DNA of 64,000 nt from Bispira polyomma (taxonomy: Eukaryota). The translations under genes were made by a program, and so were the position numbers. How positions within the stretch are numbered: position 1 is the stretch's first letter; the number at the start of each line of letters is the position of its first letter. The stretch spans positions 46,562,001 to 46,626,000 of the forward strand of contig OZ287755.1 of NCBI GenBank assembly GCA_965649765.1. The letters run 5' to 3'. This document shows positions 14,654 through 29,398 of this stretch, one piece after another. The notes beneath the pieces are model-generated. The model did no database searches. It was not told the DNA's origin and saw only the letters and a list, made by a program, of their open reading frames with translations.

Positions 14654-17600
14654 AATTTTTGATTGAAGTCATTATTATATCACAAAGTTTGTGTATTACC
14701 ACAGCAACAATATGTAAAAAACATTGACTTTACCCTTTTTATAAGTATAAATGTATTGGGTAGTAATTAAATTAAATAAATATCTACAATATACACCTCA
14801 CTGTCGTAGTAATGGTGTCATACCATACTTGGTATGTATATAAGACATAATCTACTATTATATACTATTATATACTGGTATACATTATTATTATTATATG
14901 TACAAATCACTTATTATCCTCTAATCTTTTCTTCCCTGTCTTACCTCTTGGGTTTCCTCTACTCTAAAAATTGCTGCATCTGGTGTACTGACGATTATTA
15001 ACAGATTTGTGCATTGAGTTAATGAGTTGGTGTCTGTGAACATTGCCATAGTTTACACACACACTGCTCATGCACTGCGTGACTTAATCATGGTTTAGGC
15101 CATTCCTAAATGAAGATATCCAAACTACTGGTGTGACTAGTTCTGTAGCTGATGGCTATTACTATTCAATTACAAAGCTTTTGTAATATGATATTAGTCG
15201 TATTTATGGTCTATGCCACCTAAAATTATTTTTATTCTATGGAATATGTTGCATTGAAATGGATTATGTTAGGTTCCATGCCAAAAATTCTATCTTTATA
15301 ATGTCATGTTTAGAACATGCACAATTACGACATTTTGTCTGTTTTTAGTTAAAGGAGGGGATGGGAGGGTGTCAGTACCAGGTGGTGTTCTTGTTCTGTG
15401 GGGAAACGGTTTATTAGAGCGGTCAGTGAAAGAAAATATCCCAATACTAAACTGTAAATGGAATGACAATGGCAAAATCACACAAAAAACAATGCTGGGC
15501 GTGGTCTGTATTGTTTAGGGGTAGTGTGTCTCATGTAGTGCAACATTTAATGGAAAATCAATTTTTTATAGAAAAGAAAATTTATTTACAAAGACGGTTA
15601 CTATATTTGCTATTTTGACCACTGCAAGTGGATAATTTTAAATGTTATCTAATGAATACAAAAATAGAAAAATGTTTAGATTTTAATTTAAAAAGTTATC
15701 TTTACAAATGTACTATCATTTAAGTAAACGAATCAATTGGAAATGTTTTTTTTTTAAATTGGCCAATATTTTATTATAAGTAACATCTCCATTACACATT
15801 ATTTAAGGTAAACCTCTAAATATGTTTTGATACTATGTGTGAACTGTTTGAATATCAGTCTGAATAATGCAATGTCCAGTTTATGTTATTTACCGATTTA
15901 GTTATGATATTTTAATAATTATTCACCGCCAAATGTACATGTAGAACGTTTATCTTTAAGGGAATGGTGTTTATTAAAGCTGACTTTCTGTATTTGCTGT
16001 TAATAATAGACAAAATATCTTCTATAACAATGGCTGTTACTAAGTGTATAAATATAATGGACATACAAAAGTAAAATACTATTTGACATATTGTTAGCAA
16101 GAGCAAGATATTCAAATTGCCCTTTAAACAATTCTAGTATTGACTGAATATGTAATGAACTCAAAGAAGAAAACACTGCCTTGCCTTGTTATAGAGATAA
16201 GCATATCCATGCAAATGGAGGATTGCCTTATTACCGGAAGTATGAAGTAGCTAGACAGTTGCCCTTGGTATGTTTCCAGGTAATTTATCTGCATGTGTAC
16301 ATGGCATCAATGACTGTAACAAGTCAGAGAAGCCATTTTATGACAACAAAGATTGTGCCTGTCTGTAAAGGACTTGCCGCAGTAATTAGAGTAGAATACC
16401 TACACATTCCAACATTCTAATGCCAGAGACGTGTATTCTGTTTAACTTGGAACTTAACGACTACAAAATAAGCCAATTCTTGTGGTTGTGTAAATGTTGC
16501 ATAATGTGAGAACATTCTGTAGTTAGTTTAACTTGGGTCTTATGTCACCTTTAACGTCCTGTGTGTTTTATCTTGGTAGACAAACTTTCTGCCAGATGAA
16601 GGCAGAACTGGGTAGTTGTTCAAGATTTCTGAATTCTTGCAAACAACCTGCCATAAGCAAGATTGCTACCAAATTTTAACAAATTTTAAACTTTGGAACA
16701 TTGTTGGCATAGTTAACATTCTATTAATTCAAATTCATTTATGGATATATTTATTTTTAAGTTTTAGATGGAAGTAATTCTTAAAAAGGTAAAAACACCA
16801 GACTATCCTGAAATAACAACGAAAAATAAATTTCTAGAAACAACATTATTTTTCGATCTATAATAAAACCACCTCAACGTGTACTCCTAGCCAATAAATA
16901 TATTACAAATTAACAATATCATGCAAAATTATGAAAGATGTGCTATCTCTCCACCCTGTCCTCAATATTGGAAACCAGTTAGTTCAATTAGAATCTTTTA
17001 ATGTAACCTTCCACAGTAACCTTTCATATTAGTAATACACATGGGGAGTTTCATTGCTGCCAAGATAATGTTTCAGTGTCTTGTGATGTAAAGTTGTAAC
17101 CGTGAGAAAGACAAGCAGTTGGGATAATAATTTTAATCTAGCATCAAACATATATACAGGCTGGTTCAAATAAGGCCACATTAGTTGGATTAAGCTTATA
17201 TTAGTCTAAGGACAATAAATGTGACTTTAAGTAGACATAAGTTAAAATAACTTGATTTACTTGGTTAAGTTAATTAGAACTTAAGCTAACTAATTGAACT
17301 TAGATGGTTAACATGACATTAGCCCTTAATGCATATAGTGAGAGGTTACCATAGATGGCTAACTATAAGGGGACATTAAATAAATTAGAAGATTGTAAAC
17401 TATACTGTAAATGAAAAAAAAATACCACCGGGGAGTTTTATTACTGCCGAGATATTGTTCCATTGATGTGTATATAGATGCAACAGTAGTTGTTTTACAG
17501 CAAGTATTTTAGAGTTATGTGTAATTTGAAACCGTTAAGACAGTTATATTAGCTTACATTACAGCTATATATATATATATGCTGTGACCTGAGTAACTGC

Positions 17601-17934
17601 AACCTTTAACTAGTCTGGTTAAGGTTTTCATTAAAATTTATAGCCAGAAATAACCTGGTGCATATAGCATATTTTCTACAGCTACCGTGTAGCTTTTTCT
17701 GGCATTATTTAAAGGTAGCTTGAAATACAAACAAACACGGCCATTATATAATATTTAACTATTGGGAATTATTAATTTGCAGTATGTTTTTGGACTTATG
17801 TATGCCATTCGTAATTTAAAACCAACGAGGTTATATTTTTGCTCAATTTTGTGTGTTGGTTGCCAGGTTTACACAAACACTACTGAATATTTTTTTTTAA
17901 TTTGGTGAATTTAGTTGGGTTTTATGTTGTTGTC

Positions 17935-18125
17935 ACATCGTATCACAACAGCCAGATTCAATGGTTGCGGAACCAAGTGCTAAAGCAAGGTAACCCACTG
18001 ACCTAGAACAAGTACCTCTGGAAAACTTGTACACCGGAAGGAACAAACTAGATTTGAACCCACATTGGTAACAGGCCATTGATGTTGAAGCAGGTGCTAG
18101 AACCACTAGGCCACTGCAGACTCTT
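17935..18125 (-). mobile_element. Degenerate tRNA-derived SINE, family C
   Basis: Minus strand has A box GTGGCCTAGTGG and B box GGTTCAAATC; similar to 23663-23875. Confidence 0.6.
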
Positions 18126-19059
18126 AAAATGTAGTGGATGGATATGGCATGGGCCAATGTAGATTCCATGAATTTTAAGGGTGTGTCCACATAGAAAGAT
18201 GCATAGTAGTTTCTTTTATTTTGTATTGGCTTATACCAAATTAATGTAAGACAAATCTATAAATTATCTTGTATAATGTCACTTATGCCCCATGTTTGCA
18301 ACACATACATTTACATGATTGAAAAAGTACATGGCATTAGTTGTCTACAAAATGTATGCACCAACTGGCAATACGGTCCACGTTAATTTTTAAAGGAACT
18401 GTTATCCACTGAATTATTACTTAAATTCCATATGCATCCCAATCTCAACTCCCAATGTGGGCAATTTGTTTTGCAATACTCAATTAGCTATTCGTTTGTT
18501 TGTATTTATTGCTCTCTTTGTTTAATTGTCTTTGCAAGCAGGTTTCCTCAAACCTGTGTTTAAAAATTGCTACAGCATAAAAGAACCAAAATGGCACTTA
18601 CTTGAAAGAGTCCTTCTAAGCCTTGTATAGGATAATGGTTAAGTAAATAGTTGTTTGTCATGAACTAGAGTAATAGACAAGGACCCACTCGAAAATCCTG
18701 TAGTTGTTTAACAATTACTTTGGGAAGAGCTGTGTGCTTTTGTCGTCAACAAATAGTGGGCAGGTACTACAACTCTCTGAGCATAGAGTTTTATCATTTA
18801 TCCCTGCCGTATGTAATGTGACAGTTACAGCTAGGAATGTTACTATTAAATTCATACAATGTTATTTCTATTCTTTTTTTGTGATAAGTATTTATGTAAC
18901 GACTTTCATGAATGGCCTCAAATGGGGTACATACATCTCTTAAAGATAAAAAATATGTATAGTTTTATCGATACTGGAACAAATGTATAGTTATATTCTT
19001 GGTTATGTACAATTTTGCTCAATCATGATAGTTATGTTTGGCATTCTATGATAGTTTGA

Positions 19060-19280
19060 TCACAAGTTTGCCTAGTGGCTCGGATGACCACTTAAAATGG
19101 CGGTCCTCTGTCTCTGAGTAATATCTCTAGTGACAGATTAAAGATCCCTGGGATGTTGATAAATGGTCATCCTCAAACAAGCCTCGGCACCCATAGTGGC
19201 AGCCCATGAGGAAGTGCATATAAAACGACCCTGTATTGTATAAGTGTGCTATCACAAATGCTCCTTTTTCTTTCTTTTTT
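19060..19280 (+). mobile_element. SINE family A, 5'-truncated copy
   Basis: Matches 2924-3095 (CACAAGTTTGCCTAGTGGCTCGGATG...GCCCATGAGGAAG...TAAGTG.GCTAT.ACAAATG). Confidence 0.8.
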
Positions 19281-22200
19281 ATCAATTTCAGTATATTTCA
19301 TTAATGATCTATGTTTTGTGCACAGTCCCTTATTTCTCGATCTGGGTAAAAATTGTATAAAACTGTGAACTTTTCATGTCTGCGAAAAATATTCTAAGCA
19401 TACCTGATCTTTTTGACAGACACAGATGGTTCACTGTATACACAGAGATAGATCACCACCAATTCCAAACTTCACCACAAAGAAATAACATATTATCTTT
19501 GCTGCAGTGAAAAACCACAGTTTAGTTACACTGGTCTATCCTACATGAAATTATCTGGTGTACGATAACCAAGTACTAGGTCAGGGATTTGAGCTGGTGA
19601 TTTGAAGGTTCTAGGTTCAACTTCTGACTGGGATGTCACTCTTGTGATCACAAGGTCCCCAGTTCCTGGTCATACCACCATCGTCATTGAGGGATATGAT
19701 ATTTGGACAAGATATGAATATGCCGTGGCTACCGATGACAATGAAATGGCAATATATTAGGATCGTGTTTAAAATGGATGATTGATTCTGATGTTGTGCT
19801 TAAGAAAATGTCTGGCACCAGTAAGGCATTAAAACAATCTAAATCACAATGTATAAAATATCATGAAAAGATCAACTGATCACCACAAACAGTATTACCA
19901 CATTAATTCACATCTGTGCAATTAGATTGAGAAGTACATACGGATCAAGCAAACATCAATTCCTTATTTATAAAATTCTAAAAGTCACTCCAACCCCCAA
20001 ACCCCTCTGGATAAATCGTTCTTTTGTCTGTATGTATCTATTTTTCCTGCCTTTTTGTAGCTAGAGGCAGACGACAGTAAAACCATTGTACTTTATATAC
20101 CTTTCCTCAGCTGAGCAAGATAAAAGATGATGAAGGGTGGTCTGGGTGGGGTGGGGTGGGGTTTATCCAGCACATAGAGGGTAGTCACGACATGACACGA
20201 ACTTAAATTGACACAGCCTTTTATAAGCTTTTACGTAAAGCAATGCTTTTGTAAATTTGCTAGTCAGTTGGGGAAAAAAACCTTCTTCCCAAATACAAAC
20301 AACTGCCATCCCCTCTGACGCATCTAGAATTGGCCTTATGCTTCCCCTAAATGGAGGGGAAACCCCAATCAAGTTATAAGGGTTAAAAATGTTATCTTGA
20401 GCTTGCTTTTCCCACCAGTTTTGTCAGCATTATTTTTATCAGGCGTAGCCAGATGTTGATTTCATTCTGAAAAGGACGCGACCTTATTGGAAATATGTAA
20501 CACCTTCATGAATTATTTGAAAGCTATTAAAAACTAAGGGATGTCAGATTTATAGTATCAGGCGATTATCAAGCACAGCCGCCATGCTGGAAATAATATG
20601 TAAGGTATTCATGCGTTGGTGGGAAGCAATCGACCTGGCCAAACTGAGGGGCTGTCACTCACACACTGTGCGTCTTTTTTAAAGGACAAATCTTGTTCTT
20701 TGCATTTCCTTCTAAGCTTTGCCTGTTAAAGGAAATAATAAAGAAGAACACGCTATTTTTTCCCTTTAGGTGACACAGAAAGAAAACAAATCTCATTGGA
20801 TGGATCCAATCAGGAAGTAGGTCAGTGACATCTATCGATTGCAATTAGTGTGAGAAAAAGTTGGAGGAGTTTGTGGACGTGTGAGGTGAGGAGTGGTCTT
20901 ATTTTAAAAAGGAGATGAGAAATAGGGTAAGGGTGACTAGGTAGATATTACAGTGGGTGTGTGTGTGTGTGAAATACTGTGTTGTTAGTGATTGTGTATC
21001 TGTGTGTGTGTGTTTGTGTGTCCCTAAGATCATGACGTCATTGTTGTCTGTTGTGTGGGGCTCTCATTATAGAAACAGGATTACTAAGTCACAGGGATGG
21101 CAATAATATGAAACACTGCACTTGTTTGTGGTAAAAAATAAAACATGGACATGACAAAGCTCATATCAATGCAAATATGTTACTCTGCTTGTGAACAGGT
21201 ATGAGATACTTCAAACATTTTTAATTTTTAGTTATCCAATAGTGCTGATCAGTCTGAAGTTTGGAAACATTAGAGACCTTTTGTTGTGAAGTTGAAATAA
21301 CTCATCAGAGTTTGCATATGATGAATTCAAAGAAAATCATTATCTCCAATGTACAACATAACAATATGAAATATGTTGTTTCTCAATAAGGTTGTATCTG
21401 TATATATGTTTTCATTAAAAATGGATTGATGTATCATTTATAAAAATAAACTATTGTATTCATTTACAGATCAAACACACTCAGAGATTGCAGAAATGAC
21501 GTTTTTAATAGGGGATATTTTGTGACAAGTGACTACCTTTATGAGTGAGGTTTGGTTATGCATTTTATCTGTTCCAAGGACGATTGTTGCACATGCAAAG
21601 AATAAACTTGGTGACAACATTTGAGAGCAGGAGGCAAACCCCTTGGTAACAAGTGTCTATATGTAGTTTTATAAGAAGCTCTGACCAGGCTATTTATAGC
21701 TAGAGTGCCAGTTTGGTATGTGATAAAAGAGCTAATCAAAAAGAGAAAGTTCTTTAAAAGACAATATAATTATCCTGAAACACATCGTTTCCAATCTAGA
21801 AACTAACATATAATCTAGAGTGGGGTAGATTAAATAGAGCTATGTATACTACAATAATAAAACATGTCATATGACTTTGTCCCAACAGATTAAATAGCTG
21901 GATTTTTTTTCCGTGTTCAGGTACCCATATAGAAAGTGTTAATATACAGAACATTTAGAAGGGGTGTGATACATTGCTGATTGACAACAAGTACATGCAA
22001 CTTCACACAGCGGGTATTGCAAAACTAACTAAAGTAGGGTTGGAGCACCACAGTTTTCAAACATGGCCAGGTCGTAGGATAACAACTTAACTCTATATGC
22101 TGAGAGCTGCAGAGAAAAAAAAAACAAGCAGTGAATACTGAATGTTTTATTTTCGTATGTTGTTATATTTTTTTGCTTGTTTTCCCACTACTAAATGCAG

Positions 22201-23052
22201 TGTAGTGGTTGGTGTACACCAATTTTCATTGATAACTCAACACAGTGGTGCACTAGCTGCAGTAAATGTTGTAACAACAGGGATGTTTTCACAGAGTGTG
22301 GTTTGTTTGTTGTTTGTTTTCTCTCTCTTCTGTCTGAAGTCAGTCCATCAATAGAAATAGAAGTACTGTTCCACATAATATATATATATTATGAGTGTAT
22401 ATTTACCAAAAGTATTAAATATGTTTAATTATATGAGGTCACTGGAGTTTTACTACAGAGATTAGTTGATAATTTAAATGACAGTTGGAAGTATCACTAA
22501 TATTGTGCAGCATATGAGATGTTTAGATGTTGATACCTGTTTTAGTATATGTAGCATATGTTAGCAATATAAAACATGCACTGTAATGGGGATACTAGAC
22601 TATAAACATATATGGATATATAACATTTATCAGTAAAAGGAGAAATAGACATACATCTACACAAAGTACTCCTTTCAAAACATACCATTTATTATAAGTA
22701 CATAAAAAAGGCAGTATTTCAAAACTCAGCTAGATAATAATATTTTTTTCTTAAATTGTGTGTCATCAAATAACATCTAATTCAGTGATTCTGCAAAGAA
22801 AAATGTTCAAATAGAACTAGATTCAATAGATTCTTCCACAGATTGAATATCACTGCTATTAAAGTGACCGGGTGGCACATAACAGAAACCACTTCCTTGG
22901 ATATCTGAACCATAAGAGAAGGAGGGCCGTGTCAGGTTCCTTTATACTAAGCCCAGCTTATTCAGTACAATTACAACAGACAGAAAGTGTGGAAGGAGCA
23001 GGCATTTCACCACCACCACCCCATCTGATCAACACACTGCCCCCCCAAAAAG

Positions 23053-23253
23053 ATGATGATATCGGTGGGTTGGATAGTATTGCTAGTCTTAGTGGGTCTC
23101 TGCGCAATACTAGGAGCTATCTACGCGTATATCTACTTCACCCGTATTAACCCCAGGACCCACCGGCCACGGACGTATGTGGAACAACAACAGGATGAGG
23201 ACAACGGAAATCAAGTGACTCATACTCATATATTTATGTTTAGAAAATCATAG
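23053..23253 (+). CDS. 66-aa single-pass membrane microprotein of unknown function
   Basis: Hydrophobic segment (VGWIVLLVLVGLCAILGAIYAYIYF), then basic residues (TRINPRTHRPR) and an acidic patch; first ATG after a good splice acceptor (TTCTTCCACAG, 22841); in-frame stop at 23026; GC-richer than its flanks. Confidence 0.6.
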   Translation: MMISVGWIVLLVLVGLCAILGAIYAYIYFTRINPRTHRPRTYVEQQQDEDNGNQVTHTHIFMFRKS

Positions 23254-23494
23254 TTTAGGATGGATGGGAAAGGGAGACAGAGAGATGGTGCAGTGACGGT
23301 GTTGGTGACAAGGTTACAGAGACAAGAACCCCCCCCCAAAAAAAAAAAAAAAAGAAAAAAAAAGAGGCTCCAGGTGATAGAGAAATGTATTTTGTGGAGG
23401 AACAGAAAAGAGAAGCATCTTGAGTAATCTGTTACAAATGAGATATATAGGAGTGTGGAGACAATGTCGTGATGTTTGTCTGTTGCTGTATTCC

Positions 23495-24000
23495 AATCGC
23501 TGGTGGATGGCGGTCTCCACAGTTTGAGTAGTAATACCAATCTTAGGGGCTATTTGTGCCGAAGGGCCAAATAGACATGTAAAAGAACAGCAGTATTGGG
23601 GACAATAGGAATCAAGTGACTAACACTCATTGATTTATGTTGAAAAAGTTATATGTGGGGGTAGGGGCTACGGTGGTCTAATAATCACTGGTATCTTACC
23701 AATGTAGGTTCGAATCATGATGGTTTCTTCTTGTAAAATAGTTTGTCAGGCCGTTGTAGGCCAGTGTTTTTACAGGGCTTCAGCACTGGTTTCTTCCACC
23801 ATTTAATCTGGCCGTCGTGATATGACCTAAGTTGTTGAACACAATCTAAAGCCATGTACTAAATTCAAATTCATAGGCGGGAGTGTGATTGTTGACGACA
23901 GGGTACACAGAAAAAGAACGGTCCTTCAGGTGGGGGGGGGGGGGGGGGGGGGGGAGTGTTTCAATATTCCAGTGACTGTTTCTGTGGTAACAAGAAGAAA
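23495..24000 (+). pseudogene. Decayed tandem duplicate of the microprotein exon and its 3' UTR, interrupted by a SINE
   Basis: GGAATCAAGTGACTAACACTCAT..TTTATGTTGAAAAA matches GGAAATCAAGTGACTCATACTCATATATTTATGTTTAGAAAA; similarity resumes after the SINE at ~23880; stops and indels present. Confidence 0.65.
23663..23875 (+). mobile_element. Degenerate tRNA-derived SINE, family C
   Basis: GGGGCTACGGTGGTCTA head, B box GGTTCGAATC, core CACTGGTTTCTTCCACC...GTGATATGACC; homolog at 17935-18125. Confidence 0.6.
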
Positions 24001-26949
24001 AAGTTCAATTTTTGAGAAATCTTGATCTATTTATATTGATGTTTTCCAATCATTGGTGATATTTTGGGTTTGTGACCCTTTATTCTGGTTTAGAATGTTT
24101 GTCAACTGCTTTCTGATTTAGATGACGTGCTAACACAGAGATGAAGCTGGTTTGTTACCTCATTGAATAAATGATATATTATTGTGACTTCAGTTAGGGG
24201 CAGTTATTCTCTACTTCACTACCTGATGTTTGATTAAATGTTTTTACAATTAAACAATGTTTACACCTGCAGAAAATAAAAAATTGTGGCAAAGAATTTA
24301 AATAGTGAGAAGTATATAGCGTTTGTAAAATGTTCGAGCACTTTATTATCTCGAATGCTATAATACAGTAGAAGTTCCAGTATACGAACTTATATTAACC
24401 AGATATTTGATTTGTTAAACTTGTTTCCACTCTTCCAAATTTACATTTCCTTTTGTTTTATACTTGAATTACCATTTTTAACTCACAATCTTTCGTTTGT
24501 CGGAAAAAAATCTTCCAAAATATTTGGATAATTAAGGTTCCACTCAATATATATATATATATACAGACCCTAAGTTATTGTCATATTATTTATTATTTTA
24601 CAATGGACGATAATTGGTATAAAAAGATAGGCTTGCACCTATGTTTATATAGCATTTTACCACAATACTAGCCCACTCAGAATCAAAGTAACCCTTGTTT
24701 CTTCCCAGTGCTCCTGGCTCTCGTCTGATTAATTTTTTGCACATATTTTTTTTTTTTACATTACAACATTCCACGACTGTTTTCCTTATTCTTTGTCAGT
24801 GCACCGAATAAATAAAAAATGTTGATATTAGAGAATTATTAATATATGTATTTGTATATATGTGAGGCCCAAAATGGGAAGTGATAACTAGCTGATTGTA
24901 GTATATAGAAGGGAAATCAATATTACCCTATATTCATGTTATATATATATGTATTTTTGTATATTATTGCTTTCAATAATTTATAAACAAAAATGTCAAG
25001 CCTCAAATGAGTATATATTTTCTTTATATTTTATTATCAAATATTTATTTAAATATATAAGCATATATCTTTACAGTGACTTGGTACAAGTATTAATGTT
25101 AAATTCGAGATAAGTAGAAGATTTTCTGGGATAAAGAAGTGGAAGTTACAAACCCACTCTGATTTACAACACCGATAATGCACAAAAAATTACAAGTATT
25201 AGAGCGATGTGCATAAGTTTAACAACTGTATATTTTAACTTGTCATTAGAATTTGAATATGTAATTTTGAAAAGTCAATGAACTTTGTTAAGCTGTTAAA
25301 AAAATATGATCCGATAATTTATAAACATATTATGCTATTATATTCCATTAATGTTATTGATCACATAAACAATTGAATAATAAAGATACGTTTGTTATTA
25401 GTGGAATTTCACTAACTAAGGTACATATGAGAAATTGTATATTTTTGTATTCTATTTAAGTACATCCACAAGACATGATTTCTACACGATTGTAAATGCT
25501 TTGTTTATGCAAATGTCTTGTAATTGTTTTAGTTTGAACTGTGACAAAAATTGAAAAAAGTTATTCATCGTGAATTTCAGTCTATCTAATGAAGCATTTG
25601 TTGATGAAAAAGCTCACCAAAGTAGCACCTATTATGGCCTGCTATCTTTCGATAAACCCCACTAGCTGGTAGTGTTTTATCTTAGCCAGTCTGTCTTTCT
25701 CTTTGTGTTATGCGTCTGGCAGTTTGCATTAACTGTTAGGTTGTTCTGCCATTTTTTTCTGGCTGTTACACCAGATCTACTTACCTCCACAACCAGAAGT
25801 CTCTCGCTTTCTCTTTTAACACCCTCATACTCTAAATACTGCACTGTGTTTAGAATTCAAATAATGGTGTGTAACTCAACCCAGCCATGTACTTAACATG
25901 TTAATGTAATACTAGGGGCTGACTTTGTCACCAAAATCTCCATAACCATTGAAACTCTCACAAATGATCACACAACTGGAAATTATAATGGGTGTATATG
26001 TTGTTGAAAGATGAAATTGAAAAATAAAAACAACAACAAAAAATTTATTCATCATACATTGACGAAACTTTTTTGGATCATTGTGTTTACATGAACCTAA
26101 AATTGGGGAAATACACACATCAAGTTTAAAAATAATCAATTTGGCCTGTTGGTTTGTTACATTTTGCCAGTTGCAATTTAATATATTTTTTTAAAAGGAA
26201 TTATGTTAGGACACCAATTATTGCATAGTTATATCACATCATACATCATGTTGCTCTTGGTAAAATATTGCTCCTATTGTAACCACTTTTCTGTATACAA
26301 TGAGTCATGTATTTGCACCCACCCCAGACTCATTCTAAATAATGGTAGTTCATAATATTATCTGTTGTATTATTTTAGTAATAAACCAAATTAAAATAAT
26401 TTTTAGAAACAGATATAAGTGATACTTACTTTTACAAATAATTGAAAATAACCATTATATGTCGACCAGTATTATTTTATTATATTCATATTAGACTTTT
26501 TACTTTTATGTGGTATTCAAAATGCTGATTTATCTTCTCTTGGCTGCTCAAGCAAACTTACACCTGCAGATAGGCTTATTAATATTCCCAAGATTCTCCA
26601 TCTGATGGGATAGCACCTAAAGACAGTGGACTGTCATTCTAAGTGGGCATCTAATACACTATGTATGTGACATGTTGAGGTCGGGATTAAATACAGGTTT
26701 TCTTTGTTTATAAGTCTGTGCATTACTAACTAGGCCGGCATGATTAAAAAAATAATATCATTTTTGACCTGGGCGGGTGGTTTCAAAGATTTTTTATTGT
26801 TATACTTTTATTTTAACCAAATTTATTCGACGAAAATATATATTTTTTTAAATACAATTGGCTGATCCTGAGAAATTGTATTCTAAGAATGTTTTTAAAT
26901 ACAGCCCTAGGCCTGTGGTATAACTGCCCGTGTAGTAAATATTAATTGA

Positions 26950-27720
26950 AACATTTACAAAGCGCCAAAGTGATGAGAACATTCTCTAAGGTGCTGATAT
27001 CCAAAAAGGGAAAAATCCAGGGGCAAGCAAAGCAAAAGGTTGTTACCAGAAAATTATTCACCGGGGGAAGGGTGACTAAGGAAGGGGGATGGGAGGGGGG
27101 GGGGGGGGGTAGGCCAGTCTGAAAAGGTAAGTTTTTATATGGCTACTGAAATCTGTGATATTATCCCGGATCTAACAGTGTGCAAGAGTTTGTTCCATTC
27201 AATAGGTGCCACAACAGCTAAGCAGCGCCTACTGAGTTTGGTCGAGTTAAGGAAACAGAGAAGCAGTTTCCCTGGGTAAGGCTACTAGATTGGATAAGTA
27301 AGGACAAATAAGGAGGTTGGTTGACTTTGATAGCTTTGAACAAAATAAGGTTGCATTGAAAAAGAATTCGCTGTTTGACAGGTAGCTAGTGGAGTTTGTT
27401 AAGGTATATGCCTGAATTTGGCAAGCTTGTACATAATTTTGCAGATGGCATTTTGGACTCTTTGGACAGTAGTAATGACTATGTGCAATGAAGTTATCCT
27501 GTACAGGTTCCCATGGTTCCATTTGAAAAATGTAAAGGTATAATTTGGTTTCAAATTGAAGAAAATTCCCTCTACACACAGAAAAATTCCTAACACCATA
27601 CATTTTACAATTCAAGTGCAAATTACCCAACAAAAAGTAATTTCATCCGAAAGAATTAAATTGGTCTGTCTGAAAATGCAGCAACCTAAACGGTACAATT
27701 CCCTTTTTCTTTTTTGGACT
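26950..27720 (-). mobile_element. L2-clade LINE 3' fragment
   Basis: Degenerate VQNAICKIMYKLAKFRHIP (cf. VQNAAARI...HITP) and AVVAPIEWNKL (cf. APxxWNxLP), typical of the L2 ORF2 C-terminus. Confidence 0.6.
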
Positions 27721-29398
27721 AGAAGTATGCAATACATGTGCATATGGACTATTTGATTGCACATAAAGTTACCTTGACCAGTGACGTTATGTTTTTCAAC
27801 TGTGTCCGTTTGTTGGTATTTTTGTCAGTACCTAAAACTAATGGGCCCATTTACATATATTTGGAGAAGATAGGGTCTGGACCAGGAGATATTTTGGTCC
27901 AATGTAAACTTTTGGACCAGTTTGACTCATTGATGTCTCATAATATAATTGTAACAAACTTGTAAAACTTAATACTGTAGAATGTTATATCTAGTAAGCT
28001 TCATAATGTCGATGGAGTTTGCGATTGGAGCTGCTGATGAGTATGTTTACAATGCAAACACAAAGAGTTCCACAGCATTTGAAACGTACTGCTCTGAAAA
28101 ACAATGAATTTTTTTTCTACTTCAGAATAAGTCTCTTTAATATATATGTAATCAATGGCAATTGCAAAAAATTAGACAATCAAGTCACATATGATTTGCT
28201 TATCTTGGAAAATTTTCCCCTCTGGAACGCAAGTATGGCAAATTTTTGCATACATTTGAATGTCTCTTTGATTACCATTTGATGTCCCCTACTCCCATTT
28301 CCACAATGATAAAAAGTACATAAAATTTCCAACAAAGCAGTAAAAACACCATATTTTGGCAATTTGGGATTATTACTTGACAGCCATAAATCAAAGGTTT
28401 CTGTTTTAAGACATTGCATGTATTGTTTATTTGTACCCATGGGGCATCACAGACAAAGAGTTTTAATATCCCCCTTATAAATATCAAGTCATTATTTGTC
28501 AAAGCCTCAAAGTAGGTTTTTACAGTGCGACTACATCTTGATTAAAATTTTGCCATATTTTGGCTCATAAAATGTTCTAACTTCCTATTTCTATATAGTT
28601 TAAAGACAGCAGATCATTATGATTTAATGTGAGAAAAAACAACCGTACTATTGTAATTATAACCTGATTGAAAGAAATGCATCAGAATAACGTCATTTTA
28701 CTCAAGATTGCCTTCATTGTAATTTAGTGTAAATACAAGTAATATTATTTAATAATATTGCCAATTTGCCAATCACTGTGATACTTTAATGTTTACCTTA
28801 AAAATAGAATTGATTTTGCTCCAAGGAAATCATTACACACATATGGAGAAAATAGAACAGAGCCTTCATAAATATTTAGGTTATCCTTCCCAAAGAACAT
28901 TTTCACCCTACCTTAACAATAGGGATATTAAAAATGTGTAAGCATTTTTGTAAAATTCAATATCCTTTAGCAGGACAACCCTTCCACACAACCACACATG
29001 CAACAACACACCCAGTCCTACAGATATAGAGGTGTGTTTGTGACAATAGGGTTTCCTTACACTGTGACAATAAGCACACTCAGTTAATAACAAAGGATCA
29101 GACAGCTCCTATAGCTGAAGGTGTAAGATTATTGATTGGCATCAAAACAGAAAAATAACCATGGCAATAACTCCTATTTTTGTGCCAACATGTTTTCAGT
29201 TCATACAGGTAATGTTAGAATAGAACAAAAAAATGCATTGTATCCAAAAGTACTTACAATAAATGGTGAAAGCAAAACAGGTCAGTGCGCTCTGTAGCAT
29301 AATTGTAGCTACTAAAGTAATAGAATTGTTCCATAAGCCATTTGATTTATTTGTACATTTCTATTTTCTAAATAGTTCTTGTCATTATTGTGTTTTTT

